DNA of 64,000 nucleotides from the human T2T-CHM13v2.0 reference genome, Homo sapiens (GCA_009914755.4 CP086569.2:640001-704000), one strand, 5' to 3'; positions 41,386 to 57,461 are shown, counted from the stretch's first letter. Made by a program: numbers and translations. The notes: generated by a model from the sequence alone, not told the origin.

Positions 41386-42723
41386 CAAAAGTTAATGGCA
41401 AAAACTGAAATTACTTTTGCATCGACCTGGTATTTATATATATTTTAAGTTTAGGTTTTAATTCTATTGATACAGATTCATTTATATAGATCATTGATAC
41501 AGATGTCCTGTATTTATGGAAATTGCCCCCACATGTGTCTTTTATATTCATCTATGTATATTATAGACATATGTATGTTTTTATATCTACATGTATATCT
41601 TTTTACACACATCACTGGAAATAGACTGTTTAAAATTAACTGAACAGATGATGAAAAAAAAAAACTGTTTAACAAGAAAGTTAAGCCACCTTTTTTTTTT
41701 TCTGCCTTCTGAGTTGGACTACATGTGTTTCAATAACAGCGTGCTTTTAAAAAGATATTTTTGAAAAGTTGTGGCTCGTCTGGCTTGTATTAGAGGTTGA
41801 ATTTTGAGGGAAGTGACATATGTTCCCTAGAAGGCCTCCCTCAGTGACTTCGGTCGGACGATTATTTCGGTGTGTTTACGCAGGTTTTGCTAATTTTAAG
41901 TAACTGGATGTTTCCTTCATAACGACCTGCCCGGGGAGGAAGAAGCAACGATTTGTCATCCCATAATCTTCCCCCAGGGTTCTCTGCATTTTTAAAATAC
42001 AAGTCTAACCAAGATCTCCAAAAGGCATCTGAAAAATGTTTTTATGTGTGGAAACTGTTCATTTCTCCGTGGTTGCATAACTCAAAAATAGATGAGGACA
42101 TTTCTGAAACTTTCCCAGAAAAATCCCTCTTGGGCTAAAACTAACATTCGCTGGAGAGAAGCAAATAGGAAAGCACAAAATAAGGAAAGAAAGGCCTTCA
42201 GTGTAAAATGATCATTTTCCTTTTAAGAATTGTCTGCTTATCATGACATGAAAATCATATTTCCGGTAGCTTTTAGAAATCCATGTGGGTGATGCTGATA
42301 CTTAGAACTGTTCCAGTCATTCTCTAAGCTGAGACTCAGTGAATCCTCAATTGGAATCTCCTTTGTAAAGAACCCACACTCCTATTTTTGGCAACAAACT
42401 GGGATCTTTTGTGTTTATTTGTCTTAAATCAGCTTTTACTAAAGAGAGCTACGCCAGCCCCTAAATTACCAAAAGAATAATAGTTTCACGCTATGATGCC
42501 TTTCTCGCCCCCGTTTTGTCCTGACGAATGAGAATTGCTGCCTCTTTTGAACGTTCAGCTGTCTGGCGTGAGGGGACTTTCCTTTAGCTTCGGAAGAGTC
42601 AGTCTTGGCAGTTTTTGGTAATCAGAAACCAAGAATAAGAATTTGAATGCAGGGAAAACTGTGACACAGGAAATATGTTCATCTGTTACCTATATTTTAA
42701 AAGTTGAAAAATGAAGTGCTTTG

Positions 42724-44006
42724 GACTCTCTCTATATATAGATAGATATATAATATCTATATATATCTATAGATATATATAGATATTATATGTATAGATA
42801 TTATCTATATAGATATATATAGATATTATCTATATATATCTATATATCTATAATATATATCTATATATATCTATATATCTATAATATATATCTATATATA
42901 TCTATATATCTATAATATATATCTATATATCTATAATATATATCTATATATCTATAATATATATCTATAATATATATATCTATACATCTATTATATATCT
43001 ATATCTATATATCTATGATATATATCTATATATCTATATATCTATGATATATATCTATATATCTATGATATATATCTATATATCTATGATAAATATCTAT
43101 ATATCTATGATATATATTTATATATCTATAATATATATCTATATATCTATATATCTATAACATATATCTATATATCTATAATATATATCTATATATCTAT
43201 AATATATATCTATATATCTATATATCTATAATATATATCTATATATCTATATATCTATAATATATATCTATATATCTATATATCTATAATATATATCTAT
43301 ATATCTATATATCTATAATATATATCTATATATCTATATATCTATAATATATATATATCTGTATATCTATAATATATATCTATATATCTATAATATATAT
43401 CTATATATCTGTAATATATATCTATATATCTATATATCTATAATATATATCTATATATCTAAATATCTGTAATATATATCTATATATCTGTAATATATAT
43501 CTATATATCTATATATCTGTAATATATATCTATATATCTATATATCTGTAATATATATCTATATATCTATATATCTGTAATATATATCTATATATCTGTA
43601 ATATATATCTATATGTCTATATATTATATATCTATATAGATATATAATATCTTTATCGACATATCGATATATATCGACATATTGATATATATCGACATAT
43701 CGATATATATCGACATATAGATATATATATTTATATAGATATATCTATATATAGATAGAGATATATAGATGATATATAGATATATAGATATATTGATATA
43801 TAGATATATATAGATATATTGATATATAGATATATATAGATATATAGATATATAGAGAGATATAGATATATAGAGATATATAGATAGACATATATAGATA
43901 TATAGATATATATCTATATAGAGATATATAGATATTATCTATATATCTCTCTCTATCTATATATCTATGTGTAATATATATCTATATAGATATATAATAT
44001 CTTTCC

Positions 44007-44055
<49 letters not shown>
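42724..44055. repeat. AT-rich compound (TATATC)n/(TATAGA)n repeat, ~1.3 kb, with a CpG-containing palindromic sub-block
   Basis: atatctatatatctataatatat... The sub-block 43655-43720 is atatcgacatatcgatatatatcgacat..., built from self-complementary units. Confidence 0.95.
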
Positions 44056-44062
<7 letters not shown>

Positions 44063-44711
44063 CTCAAAGAGGCAAAATGGTAGTTATTTTTTTTCCTGTC
44101 AAGCTGCTGCTTCTGTAGAATTATAAGCCATTCTAAGGAAACTAGGAGAATTTTTAAAATCATCATAATAAACGGACCTGGTGTCTCTTTGGAACTTAGA
44201 ACTCTGACACTGAGTAACAAATTGAGCCGTTGGGACGTTTGTATTTGGTTTCAGTTTTGCTGATGATATCACCGGAATCCGTTTCATACTTAAAAAATTA
44301 TGCAGGGTTACTGGTGTTCAAGTTTGATTAGATCATGTAAGAATGAGAAAAACAGGCAGTCATTTCTGGCAAGGTATAGGATTTCCTGCTTGCATCCACA
44401 TTTACCCCAATTCTTTCCTTGTGGGATGAAGTTTTTATCTGTCTCTCCATGTGTCTCTTTTCTGTTTTTTCCCCCCAATTCTACTATATGGAAATCTTTC
44501 TCGCTGGTTTCTAGATGCCTTATGCTTTTCCAAGTAATTTTATATTTTGGAAAGGTGAGGTTAGAAATGGCAGGCCCATCTCACAGCTGAAAAATTCGCC
44601 ATCTGGATTTGTCTTTTCTTTACGCAGGTCCAACACGAGTATCTCTCTGAAATGTTTTTACTATGATTCAACATGAGTTTTACAGATTTAAACCACTCCC
44701 AAGAGTCTATT

Positions 44712-45009
44712 CATTTTTTTTTGTTTTTTTGAGACAGAGTCTGACTCTTGTGGCCCAGGCTGGAGTGCAGCGGGGGTTATATTGGCTCACTGCAACCTCC
44801 TGGGTTCAAGCGATTCTCCTGCCTCAGCCTCCCGAGTAGCTGGGATTACAAGTGTAAGCCACCACACCCGGCTAATTTTTGTATTTTTAGTAGAGATGGG
44901 GTTTCACCATGTTGGCCAGGCTGGTCTTGAACTCCTGACCTCAAGTGATTGACCTGCCTCAGCTTCCCAAAGTGCTGGGATTACAGGTGTGACCCACCAT
45001 GCCCGACCC
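44712..45009 (-). mobile_element. Alu, antisense
   Basis: tttttttgagacagagtctgactcttgtggcccaggctggagtgcagcggg ... ggtgtgacccaccatgcccgacc. Confidence 0.9.
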
Positions 45010-45312
45010 ATTCATTCATTCATTCACTCATTCACAAGCTCACTCCATTCATTCATTCATTCATTCACTCACAAGCTCATTCATTCATTCATAAGCTCAC
45101 TCATTCATTCACTCACAAGCTCATTCATTCATTCACAAGCTCACTCATTCATTCATTCATTCACTCAAAGCTCACTCATTCATTCACAAGCTCACTCATT
45201 CATTCACAAGCTCACTCATTCGTTCATTCACAAGCTCACTCCATTCATTCATTCACTCACAAGCTCACTCACTCATTCATTCATTTATTCAGAAGCTCAC
45301 TCATTCATTCAT
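45009..45312. repeat. (CATT)n-derived ~20-24-bp tandem repeat (cattcattcattcacaagctcact)
   Basis: Read directly. The ORF track shows an [12 protein letters not shown]... peptide. Confidence 0.9.
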
Positions 45313-45568
45313 TCGAGACCAGCCTGGCCAACATGGTGAAACCCTGTCTCTACTAAAAATACAAAAATTAGCCGGATGTGGTGGCTCACGCCTGTCATCT
45401 GAACACATGTGTCAGCCACTGCGCCCGGCCAACTTTTATATTTTTTTTAGTAGAGATGGGGTTTCACCATGTTGGTCAGGCTGATCTCGAACTCCTGACC
45501 TCAAAAGATCCACCCGCCTCGGCCTCTCAAAGTGCTGGGATGACAGGTGTGAGCCACCGCACCCAGTC
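45313..45568. mobile_element. Mosaic of Alu fragments in mixed orientations
   Basis: A sense middle piece (gagaccagcctggccaacatggtgaaaccctgtctctactaaaaatacaaaaattagccgg) is followed by an antisense 5' end (gtcagccactgcgcccggcc), then an antisense left monomer (tagtagagatggggtttcaccatgttggtcagg...ggtgtgagccaccgcacccag). Confidence 0.75.
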
Positions 45569-46097
45569 CAAAGCACTCGAGTTTAATCCAGAGGTAACAC
45601 AGCAAGACTTGGGGGTCTTCCAGGCTTGGAGGTCTTCCATCCAGCCTCCAGGAATGCTTTCTCCATGGAGGTGCCCCATGAAGTTGGTAATTCAAGGCCA
45701 GGCTCATGGTGGATATCAGGAAACCTGGAAGAAAGGTCAGCGCCCACGGTGGGTTGGAAGGTCCAATCCGTGCAACTTCAGACAAAAGCTTGGAACGAAG
45801 CTGGTTCACCATGGCTGGCTGAATGCTTTGGTTGGATGGAGCAGACAGAAATCTACAGTTTTTCATCTGACTTTTGCTCCTGGGGCCTCAGGAGGGGCAG
45901 AAACAGATATGAAGCAGTTTCTACCAGGGCAACAACATCTCCGCAGAAGTTTTCTTTCTTAATCCTGTTTCCAGAGTAAGGGGGAAAAAAGGTACCCGGG
46001 GGTGGGAACACAGAGCCTGGGACCTGCATGGTTTTACCTTGGCACCTGCTCAGGGCCCTACGTCCTGTGGGCTGGCTCATAATTACTTTCTCATTAA

Positions 46098-46521
<424 letters not shown>

Positions 46522-47463
46522 TTATTCTACTTGTCCTACACCCAGGGTGACTTAAAAACAGCGTTTGCCTCCAAAATGCTACCATACGTCTTCCTGAAAC
46601 ATTCCACATTTCCCCAAACCTTTGCAAGCAGCTGGGTTAAAACCGTAGGGCACAAATGCATTCCTTCGAGGAGAACTTGGCACAGCTAATCAGGAATGAG
46701 AAGGTGTCCCTTAAAAAATAACACATTTCCCCCTTTAAGATGCTTCAAGGGGCTCCCCCGGCCCTCCAGGCATGTCTGTAATTTCCCACAATTTTGCTTT
46801 ACGTCTCAATATGCTTGAATTGGATTAAGGAAAATAATCAATGTTCTCAATACGGTATTTACTTGTAATATTTTCCTTGCGCCCTAAGTTAGTTTCCCCG
46901 AGATGAAAGATGATTTTAAAAATTGCTATAGGTAATGATTTTTTATAGCTTAATTTAGATTATATTGAAAATTATGAAGGGGAGGGGAAAAAAAATCCAA
47001 CAACCCAGAATTGCCTCTACCTTATTAAACATCTCCACGTTTTTGCAATTTAAATACTACACTCAGCCGTATATTTTCTGTATTTCTATTTCCACAATAA
47101 GCATTAATAACATGGTAATATCTTTATTTCCATACTGTTTCCTTAATACACCACGGGGAGCTGGAAGCCATGTTCACTCAACAATTATTTCCATGAGAAA
47201 GAGCAGATTGTAGCAAAGGGCTCAAATTTCCTCTCGTGTGGTGGAAAACACTCCTCCCTGCCTGCTGCCTTAAGTGAACGAGTGAAAAACACTCATTGGT
47301 TTAAAAAATAAATAGCACAGCTCTGTTTGCTTACAAGCCCACCTGTCCAACTTTTCTCCAGCTTCTGGGGATGTTTGTCTCCACCCGCTGCTGGGATCCA
47401 GATGTATCAGCAAGCTACCTCTGACAGTCAGCAAATTAGAAACTCCTAACAGTTTCATGCCTA

Positions 47464-47775
<312 letters not shown>

Positions 47776-48037
47776 ACTGAAACAGCGTCTCCTCCTAATG
47801 TCCATGCACTGGAATTCCAAGGGAACCACAGGGTGATCAGACGCCCTGAACTAAGCAAGACCTCCCCAGCGGCTTGGATCTCAAGCTCAGTGGCCCAGAT
47901 GGGGGCTTGGGTCAGTCTGAGGGAGGTACAACTACTGCCACTTAACAGAGAAGAGAGGCACCTGCTTTGGAGCTACTTCCCTGCAAGTAGGTAAAGCAAT
48001 GTTTACTCCATAGAACCCCATGATAAATGAAAACGAG

Positions 48038-48400
48038 GCCGGGAGCAGTGGCTCACGCCTGTAATCCCAGCACTTTGGGAGGCCAAGATGGATGGATCAC
48101 GAGGTCAAGAGATCGAGACCAGCCTGGCCAACATGGTGAAACCCTGTCTCTACTAAAAATATAAAAATTAGCTGGGCATGGTGGCAGGCGCCTGTAGTCT
48201 CAGCTACTCGGGAGGCTGAGGCAGGAGAATTGCTTGAACCTGGGAGGTGGAGGTGGCAGGAGAATTGCTTGAACCTGGGAGGCAGAGGTGGCTGTGAGCC
48301 GAGATCACGCCACTGCACTCCAGCCTGGTGTCAGAGCGAGACTGCACCTCAAAAACAAAAACAGAAAAAACAAAAAAAGAAAAATGAAAATGAGGTAGTC
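48038..48400 (+). mobile_element. Alu, sense, with a ~27-bp internal duplication
   Basis: ggccgggagcagtggctcacgcctgtaatccc ... the segment ggcaggagaattgcttgaacctgggagg occurs twice. Confidence 0.9.
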
Positions 48401-48883
48401 CCTTGCTAAGAAATCATTCAGGTTTTCAGCATGGCAATAACAGAACATGATGCTAAGGGCAAGACCAAAGAAGGCAAGGCTGCTGTTGTTATGCACATAT
48501 CCATGAACATGGTATAACCAAACCCAGGCTCCGTGGCTCGTGGCTTGAAAACCAATCTGGAGAGTTGGTGGGAGGAAAACCAGGTTTATTTGGAGAGCTG
48601 GCAAACCAAGAATCTGTTGAACAAAAGTCCGAGTGTACCCCCTTAAATAAGTACATCTTTCAGGCTCTTTTTATATGAAGGGCATGGGAAAGAGGAGGGG
48701 GTTGGGATAGAGAGATGACCAATGGCCACGGACCTCTGAATGCTAGTCAGGGTCCAAAGAAGTTGAAGACTTTTTTGTCCTTGGTCAAGTCACCATGCTC
48801 CCAAAAATCTTTAACAAAACATAGTTGTTTTACATGTTTTCCCTTTAATCGCAGAGTTAGTTTTAAAAACTACATGATTGCGG

Positions 48884-49353
<470 letters not shown>

Positions 49354-49540
49354 TTATCTCTGTGCTCTGAAACTATCCTATCCTATGTGCAAGAATGGGT
49401 AAGGTCCCCTTAAACAAAAAGTAGAGTTAGATATGTTCCTTATTTTGCTGTTTCACTGTTACTGCGGCTCCTGGAGGAAATGTCATTCAGAACGAGGTTC
49501 TCAACCCTGGATGGGAGGAAGCTTTGGTGTTTAGTGTTTC

Positions 49541-49971
49541 TTTGTTTTGTGTTTGAGACGGGTTTTTCTCTGTCTCCCGGGCTGGAGTGCAGTGGCACAA
49601 TTATACTTTACTGCAGCCTCCACTTCCTATGCTCAAGGGATCCTTCCACCTCGGCCTCCGAAAGTGCTGGGATTACAGGTGTGAACCACCGTGCCTGGCT
49701 AATTTTCTAATTGTTTCGTAGAGGTGGGGTTTCACTATGTTGTCCCGTCTGGAGTGAAACTCCTGGGTTCAAGCATCCTCCTTCCTCACCCTCCCAAAAT
49801 GCTGGGATTACAGGTGTGAGTGACTTCACTGGGCTAATTTTCTCATTGTTTTGCAGAGATGGGGGTCTCACTATGTTGCCTAGGATGGGCTTATACTCCC
49901 GGGTTCAAGCAGTCCTCCTGCCTCAGCCTCCCAAAGTGCTGGGATTACAGACATGAGCCACCGGGGCTGGC
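49541..49971 (-). mobile_element. Older Alu, antisense, with ~135-bp internal tandem duplication of the left-monomer region (2.3 copies)
   Basis: gctgggattacag(gtgtga|acatga).. recurs at 49666, 49801 and 49937 with taattttct.attgtttcgtagaggtggggtttcactatgttg between. Confidence 0.85.
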
Positions 49972-50008
49972 AAAGCTTTGAAACTAGAATGTGGAGGTCC
50001 AGTGGTAA

Positions 50009-50652
<644 letters not shown>

Positions 50653-51009
50653 TTACAGGGCAGAAGCTGGCAGGTGATTTTGGGGGCAGGAATTGCTTCC
50701 TGGATGCTGTAGGATGAACCCCACTCCCCAGGAAGGCACCCATCCTGGTGGACTAACAGAGGCAGCCCTCACCCCAAAAGGCAATGTTGTTCCACTCATT
50801 TTATGGGGTGACTCCTTCCTGTAGGTTCCTTCCAGCTTTGCCAGAAAAACACACAACATCTTTCCTGACAGGACATTGGTTTTGTTTTTGAACAGAGAGA
50901 TCCTTCATTTAAAAAGTTAGGTTTTTTTTTTTCTTTCTTTCTTTCTTTTGTCATGGAATCAACCTAGATCCTAAGCCTAGCAGGTTATTATTATTTTTTT
51001 ATTATTATT

Positions 51010-51297
51010 TTTTGAGATGGAGTCCCACTCTGTGGCCCAGGCTGGAGGGCAGTGGCGCGATCTCGGCTCACTGCAACGTCCGCCTCCTGGGTTCAAGAGA
51101 TTCTCCTGCCTCAACCTGCAGAGGAGCCGGGATTAGAGGCACACGCCACCATGCCCAGCTAATTTTTGTACTTTTAGTAGACATAGGGTCTTGCCATGTT
51201 GGCCAGACTGATCTCAAACTCCTGACCTCAGGTGATCTGCTCACCTTGGCCTCCAAAATTGCTGAGAATACAGGTGTGAGCCACCACACCCAGACAC
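51010..51297 (-). mobile_element. Alu, antisense
   Basis: ttttgagatggagtcccactctgtggcccaggctggagggcagtggcgcgatctcggc ... ggtgtgagccaccacacccagac. Confidence 0.9.
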
Positions 51298-51339
51298 AGT
51301 TTATTTTTGCTGATTTTCTCCCTCCTCCCACCGTCCACA

Positions 51340-52195
51340 CTCAAAGAAAATGTGGTACATCTACACCATGGAATACTACGCAACCCTGAAAAGAAACAAA
51401 ATCATGGGTTTTTTTTGCAGCAACATGGATGTAGCTGGAGGCCATTATCTTTTTAAAATTATTTTTATTATTTTTTATTTTTTCTATTCTACTTTAAGTT
51501 CTGGGGTATATGTGCAGAATGTGCAGGGTTGTTACATAGGTATACATGTGCCATAGTGATTTGCTGCACCCATCAACCCATCATCTACATTAGGTGTTTC
51601 TCATAATGCTCTCCCTCCCCCCCCAGTCCCCCACCCCTGCAACAGGCCCCAGTGTATGATGTTCCCCTCTCCGGGTCCATGTGTTCTCATTGTTCAACTC
51701 TCACTTATGAGTGAGAACATGTGGTGTTTGGTTTTCTGTTCCTGTGTGAATTTGCTGAGAATGATGGTTTCCAGCTTCATCCATGTCCCCCTGCAAAGGA
51801 CATGAACTCATCCTTTTTCATGGCTGCATAGTATTCCAAGGTGTCTATGTGCTACATTTTCTTTATCCAGTCTATCACTGATGAGCATTTGGGTTGGTTC
51901 CGTGTCTTTGCTATTGTGAACAGTGTGGAGGCCATTATCTTAAGTAAATTCACAGAATGCTGCACATTCTCACTTATAAGTGGGAGCTAAATGTTGTGTA
52001 TACGTAGATGCAGAGAAGGGAACAGATACTGAGGTCTAGTTAGGGGGAGAGAGGAAGGTAGAAGCACAAGAGTTGAAAAAACCAACTGCAGGGTGTTATG
52101 CTCACTACCTGGGTGATGGGATCACTCATACCCCAGACCTCTACATCACACATGGTACCCATGTAATAAACCTGTACATGTACCTCCCGAATCTA
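51340..52195 (+). mobile_element. L1 3'UTR (sense) interrupted by a nested antisense L1 fragment
   Basis: The 5' part at 51340-51450 (aaatgtggtacatctacaccatggaatactacgcaaccctgaaaag...ggatgtagctggaggccattatc) and the 3' part at 51936-52195 (tggaggccattatcttaagtaaattcacagaatgctgcacattctcacttataagtgggagctaaatgttg ... acctgtacatgtacctcccgaatctaaactg) are contiguous in the L1 consensus. Confidence 0.8.
51453..51935 (-). mobile_element. 5'-truncated L1 3'-end fragment (~480 bp), antisense, nested in the L1 above with a 14-bp TSD
   Basis: tactttaagttctggggtatatgtgcagaatgtgcagggttgttacataggtatacatgtgccatagtgatttgctgcaccc ... tgagaatgatggtttccagcttcatccatgtcc. The TSD tggaggccattatc lies at 51437-51450 and again at 51936-51949. 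Confidence 0.8.
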
Positions 52196-52295
52196 AACTG
52201 CTCCAACATTTGCCCCAGCAATTCCAAGACTGGTCATCTACCCAAAGGAAAAGAAGTCATTCTACCAAAAAGACAAATGCATGGTAAAGTTCCTT

Positions 52296-52578
<283 letters not shown>

Positions 52579-52650
52579 AAGGTTCATCACAGCACGACTC
52601 ACAATAGGAAAGTCATGGAATCGACCTAGTTGTCCATCAGTAGGGGATCA

Positions 52651-53450
52651 GATAAAGCAAATGTGGTTCTTCTACACCATGGAATACTACACAGCCACGA
52701 AAAAGAATAAAATCATGTCCTTTGCAGCCACGTGGTTGTAGCTGAAGGGCATTATGCTTAATGAATTAACCCAAGAACAGAAAACTCAAATACCACACGT
52801 TCTCAACTGGATAAAGCAATTGTGGCCCTTCTGCATCATGGAATACTACACAGCCATGAAAAAGAATAAAATCATGTCTTTGCAGCCACATGGATGCAGC
52901 TGAAGGGCATTATGCTTAGTGAATTAATGCCAGGAACAGAAAATCGAATACTACATGTTCTCAACTAGATAAAGCAAATGTGGCCCTTCTACAGCATGGA
53001 ATACTACAGAGTCATGAAAAAGAATAAAATCATGTCTTTGCAGGCACATGGATGCAGCTGAAGGGCATTATGCTTAGTGAATTAATGCCAGAAACAGAAA
53101 ATGAATACTACATGTTCTCAACTAGATAAAGCAAATGTGGTCCTTCTGCATCATGCATCATGGAATACTACACAGCCATGAAAAAGAATAAAATCATGTC
53201 TTTGCAGCCTCATGGATGCAGCTGAAGGGCATTATGCTTAGTGAATTAATGCCAGAAACAGAAAATCAAATACCACATGTTCTCAATTAGATAAAGCAAA
53301 TGGGGTCCTTCTGCATCATGGAATACTACACAGCAATGAAAAACAATAAAATCATGCCCTTTGTATTCACATGGATGAAGCTGAAGGGCACTATGCTTAG
53401 TGAATTAATGCCAGTAACAGAAAATCAAATACCACATGTTCTTGCTTATA
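52651..53450 (+). repeat. 160-bp tandem array x5 derived from an L1 3'UTR segment
   Basis: Unit starts (gataaagcaaatgtgg) lie at 52651, 52810, 52968, 53125 and 53290. Each unit runs gataaagcaaatgtgg.ccttctgcatcatggaatactacacagccatgaaaaagaataaaatcatgtctttgcagccacatggatgcagctgaagggcattatgcttagtgaattaatgccag.aacagaaaatcaaataccacatgttctcaactagat. Confidence 0.9.
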
Positions 53451-53676
53451 GGTGGGAGCTAAACGTTGCCTGCGCCTGGACACAATGAAGGGACACCACA
53501 GACCCTCAGGACTAATAGAGCAGGAAGCAGGGGCAGGGGTACCAGCGTTGAAAAACTACCCTGAGGTTCTTGGAATGTCAGGCAGAAGGCAGCGACTGGA
53601 GAGATCTTTGGGTCACGGATTTTTCTGTTGCATTTTCTTGCCTGTTTGTTTGTTTTTTTCTGTCTCTCTCTCTCTT

Positions 53677-53682
<6 letters not shown>

Positions 53683-53715
<33 letters not shown>

Positions 53716-53996
53716 AGAAGGAGTCTAGCTCTGTCGCCCAGGCTGGAGTGCAGTGATGCAATCTCGGCTCCCTGCGACTTCCGCCTCCTGGATTCAAGCG
53801 ATTCTCCTGCCTCAGCCTCCTGAGTAGCTGGGACTACAGGCACCCGCCACCACACCTGGTTAATTTTTGTATTTTTAGCAGAGACGGGGTTTCACAAGGT
53901 TGGTCAGGCTGGTCTTGAACTCCTGACCTCAGGCGATCACCCTGCCTGGGCCTCCCAAAGTGCTGGGATTACAGGCCTGAGCCACCGCACCCGGCC
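53683..53996 (-). mobile_element. Alu, antisense, with a T37 head
   Basis: T37 gagaaggagtctagctctgtcgcccaggctggagtgcagtgatgc ... ggcctgagccaccgcacccggcc. Confidence 0.95.
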
Positions 53997-54119
53997 TCTC
54001 TTCTTATGTATTTCTAGAACTCCTCTAGAATTTGGGGTTTGTTTTTCTTAATTACAAGGAACCAAGTTGAATCATTATTGCATGTATAAATATACATTTT
54101 ATATTTAATACATATTATA

Positions 54120-54250
54120 TACCTCATGGATGTACAATGCTCAGTGCCTGGGTGATGGGATCATTCATACCCCAAACCTCAGCATCGTACAATATCCCCA
54201 GGTCACAAAGCTGCATGTGGATCTCCTGAATCTATAATAATAATAAATAA
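54120..54250 (+). mobile_element. Old L1 3'-terminal fragment
   Basis: gcctgggtgatgggatcattcataccccaaacctcagcatcgtacaatatccccaggtcacaaagctgcatgtggatctcctgaatctataataataataaataaaaa. Confidence 0.7.
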
Positions 54251-54829
54251 AAAGTGACTTTGTAATTCACAGGGAAACCCCCTCTGCCTCTCAGTCCCTT
54301 GGATTCCCAAAGTTTGTTTTCAACACCCCTAGGGGAAACTCAGAATCTCATTTTCAGAACGCGGGTTGTTTTTCTTAGAAGCGCTTTGCAAAACAAAATA
54401 GGAAGCAAAATCTTTCTCGCTCCTTCCGCTCCGTAATAGACAAAATAAAATGAGGGGGCAGGAATCCAAAGGCTTTGACCGCAGCTGGCAGATTTATTGT
54501 GGTACAGACCTGAAGGCAAGCAGTGTTCTCTTTGATTCTACGAACCGTACAGCCCCGGGCCGGCTGCCTTCTGCTTTCTGGATGGTGCAGGCATGAGCTC
54601 CAAGCCCAAATTTCACCGGAGCTCCAGGAATCGAGCCTGGCCCAGAGGACTCACAGCACGGGGGCCAAACATGAAACCAGTGAGCGCTCCAGCAAGGTAA
54701 CAGGACAGCTGGGTGATTCTTCTTGCCGGCTCCGCCAGATTACAGCCAGAATTCCACCGAATGTGGTCTTTCTGTGTCTCTCCCCAGACAGCGAAGCTGG
54801 ACAAACCTGGGGGGGTGGGGGTGGGGGGG

Positions 54830-55860
54830 TGCTGACTTCAGTGGGGTGTCCTGGAGAGGCAGGAACCAGGGTTTCCAGGGTGCAGATCCTGCTGAAGCAA
54901 ATGGACGTGGCATCCGCGGGCAGAGCTGGCTGTGGCGTCCCCCCTCTGCCTGCGGTGTCATCAAATGCACCCAGAGACCCCTCCTAAACCTGGAGGGTGT
55001 GCTGACCTCAGTGGGGTGTCCTGGAGAGGCAGGAACCAGGGTTTCCAGGATGCAGATCCTACTGAAGCAAATGGACGTGGCATCCGCGGGCAGAGCTGGC
55101 TGTGGCGTCCCCCCTCTGCCTGCGGTGTCACCAAATGCACCCAGACACCCCTTCTAAACCTGCAGGGTGTGCTGACCTCAGTGGGGTGTCCCGGAGAGGC
55201 AGGAACCAGGGTTTCCAGGATGCAGATCCTGCTGAAGCAAATGGACGTGGCATCCTTGGGCAGAGCTGGCTGTGGCGTCCCCCCTCTGCCTGCGGTGTCA
55301 CCAAATGCACCCAGAGACCCCTCCTAAACCTGGAGGGTGTGCTGACCTCAGTGGGGTGTCCTGGAGAGGCAGGAACCAGGGTTTCCAGGATGCAGATCCT
55401 GCTGAAGCAAATGGACGTGGCATCCTTGGGCAGAGCTGGCTGTGGCGTCCCCCCTCTGCCTGCGGTGTCACCAAATGCACCCAGACACCCCTTCTAAACC
55501 TGCAGGGTGTGCTGACCTCAGTGGGGTGTCCCGGAGAGGCAGGAACCAGGGTTTACAGGGTGCAGATCCTGCTGAAGCAAATGGACGTGGCATCCTCAGG
55601 CAGAGCTGGCTGTGGCGTCCCTCCTCTGCCTGCGGTGTCACCAAATGCACCCAGACACCCCTCCTAAACCTGCAGGGTGTGCTGACCTCAGTGGGGTGTC
55701 CCGGAGAGGCAGGAACCAGGGTTTCCAGGGTGCAGATCCTACTGAAGCAAAGGGGCGTGGCATCCTCGGGCAGGGCTGGCTGTGGCTGGCCCCCCCAGCC
55801 TGGACATCCCCCCCACTGCCTGGGGTGTCACCTAATGCACCCAGAGACCTCTCGTCCAAA
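54830..55860. repeat. GC-rich 170-bp VNTR x6 with a 340-bp (dimer) higher-order structure
   Basis: Units begin with tgctgacctcagtggggtgtcc at 54830, 55000, 55170, 55340, 55510 and 55680. Alternate units carry ...ccagagacccctcctaaacctggagggtg versus ...ccagacaccccttctaaacctgcagggtg. The overlapping 131-aa ORFs on both strands are translations of this array. Confidence 0.95.
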
Positions 55861-55974
55861 AGGCCATTCATGGGAAGCCTCCAGGTCTCCTCGGCAGGCA
55901 GCATCACGTCTGATTTATCTGTGTTATCAGGTAACGCAGGCCTGTTCTACCTGTGTGCGTGAGCGCATGGGTAC

Positions 55975-57134
<1,160 letters not shown>

Positions 57135-57135
<1 letters not shown>

Positions 57136-57460
57136 TGATTCTGGAGCAGGTGAGCTGATCACAAGCCTGAGTCAAGAATCCATGGAGATCATTTACAGCA
57201 GAAGCCGGGACCCTGTGCAAATCCTTCTGAAATATCCCCGATTGACTGAGCTCCTAGGGGTGGGGAAGAAAAATTCCCTGACATCTCGGCCTCAGGGAAA
57301 GAGACACCCCACTGGCAGGACGTCTCTGCTGTTTCTCAGAAGACAGCTGGGGTGTCACTCTCCCAAACGACGGTGATTTTCAGAACGGTTCACTTTGTGG
57401 AGAGACGTTTCTGCCCTGGAGATCCGTACATATTGAACCCAAATGAATATTTTTTAATTA
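57135..57460 (+). repeat. Left arm of a ~326-bp inverted duplication (~98% identical to the reverse complement of 58284-58611)
   Basis: The stretch attgactgagctcctaggggtggggaagaaaaattccctgacatctcggcctcagggaaa was checked base by base against the reverse complement of 58441-58510. The ORFs 57182..57376(+) and 58371..58685(-) share an identical 64-aa translation. Confidence 0.95.
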
Positions 57461-57461
57461 A

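Noticed and set aside
45378-45962. 194-aa ORF partly in unique sequence
   Set aside because: It begins inside an Alu fragment ([21 protein letters not shown]), continues without any recognisable domain, and has no homology I can recall. This is most likely a chance ORF in GC-rich DNA.
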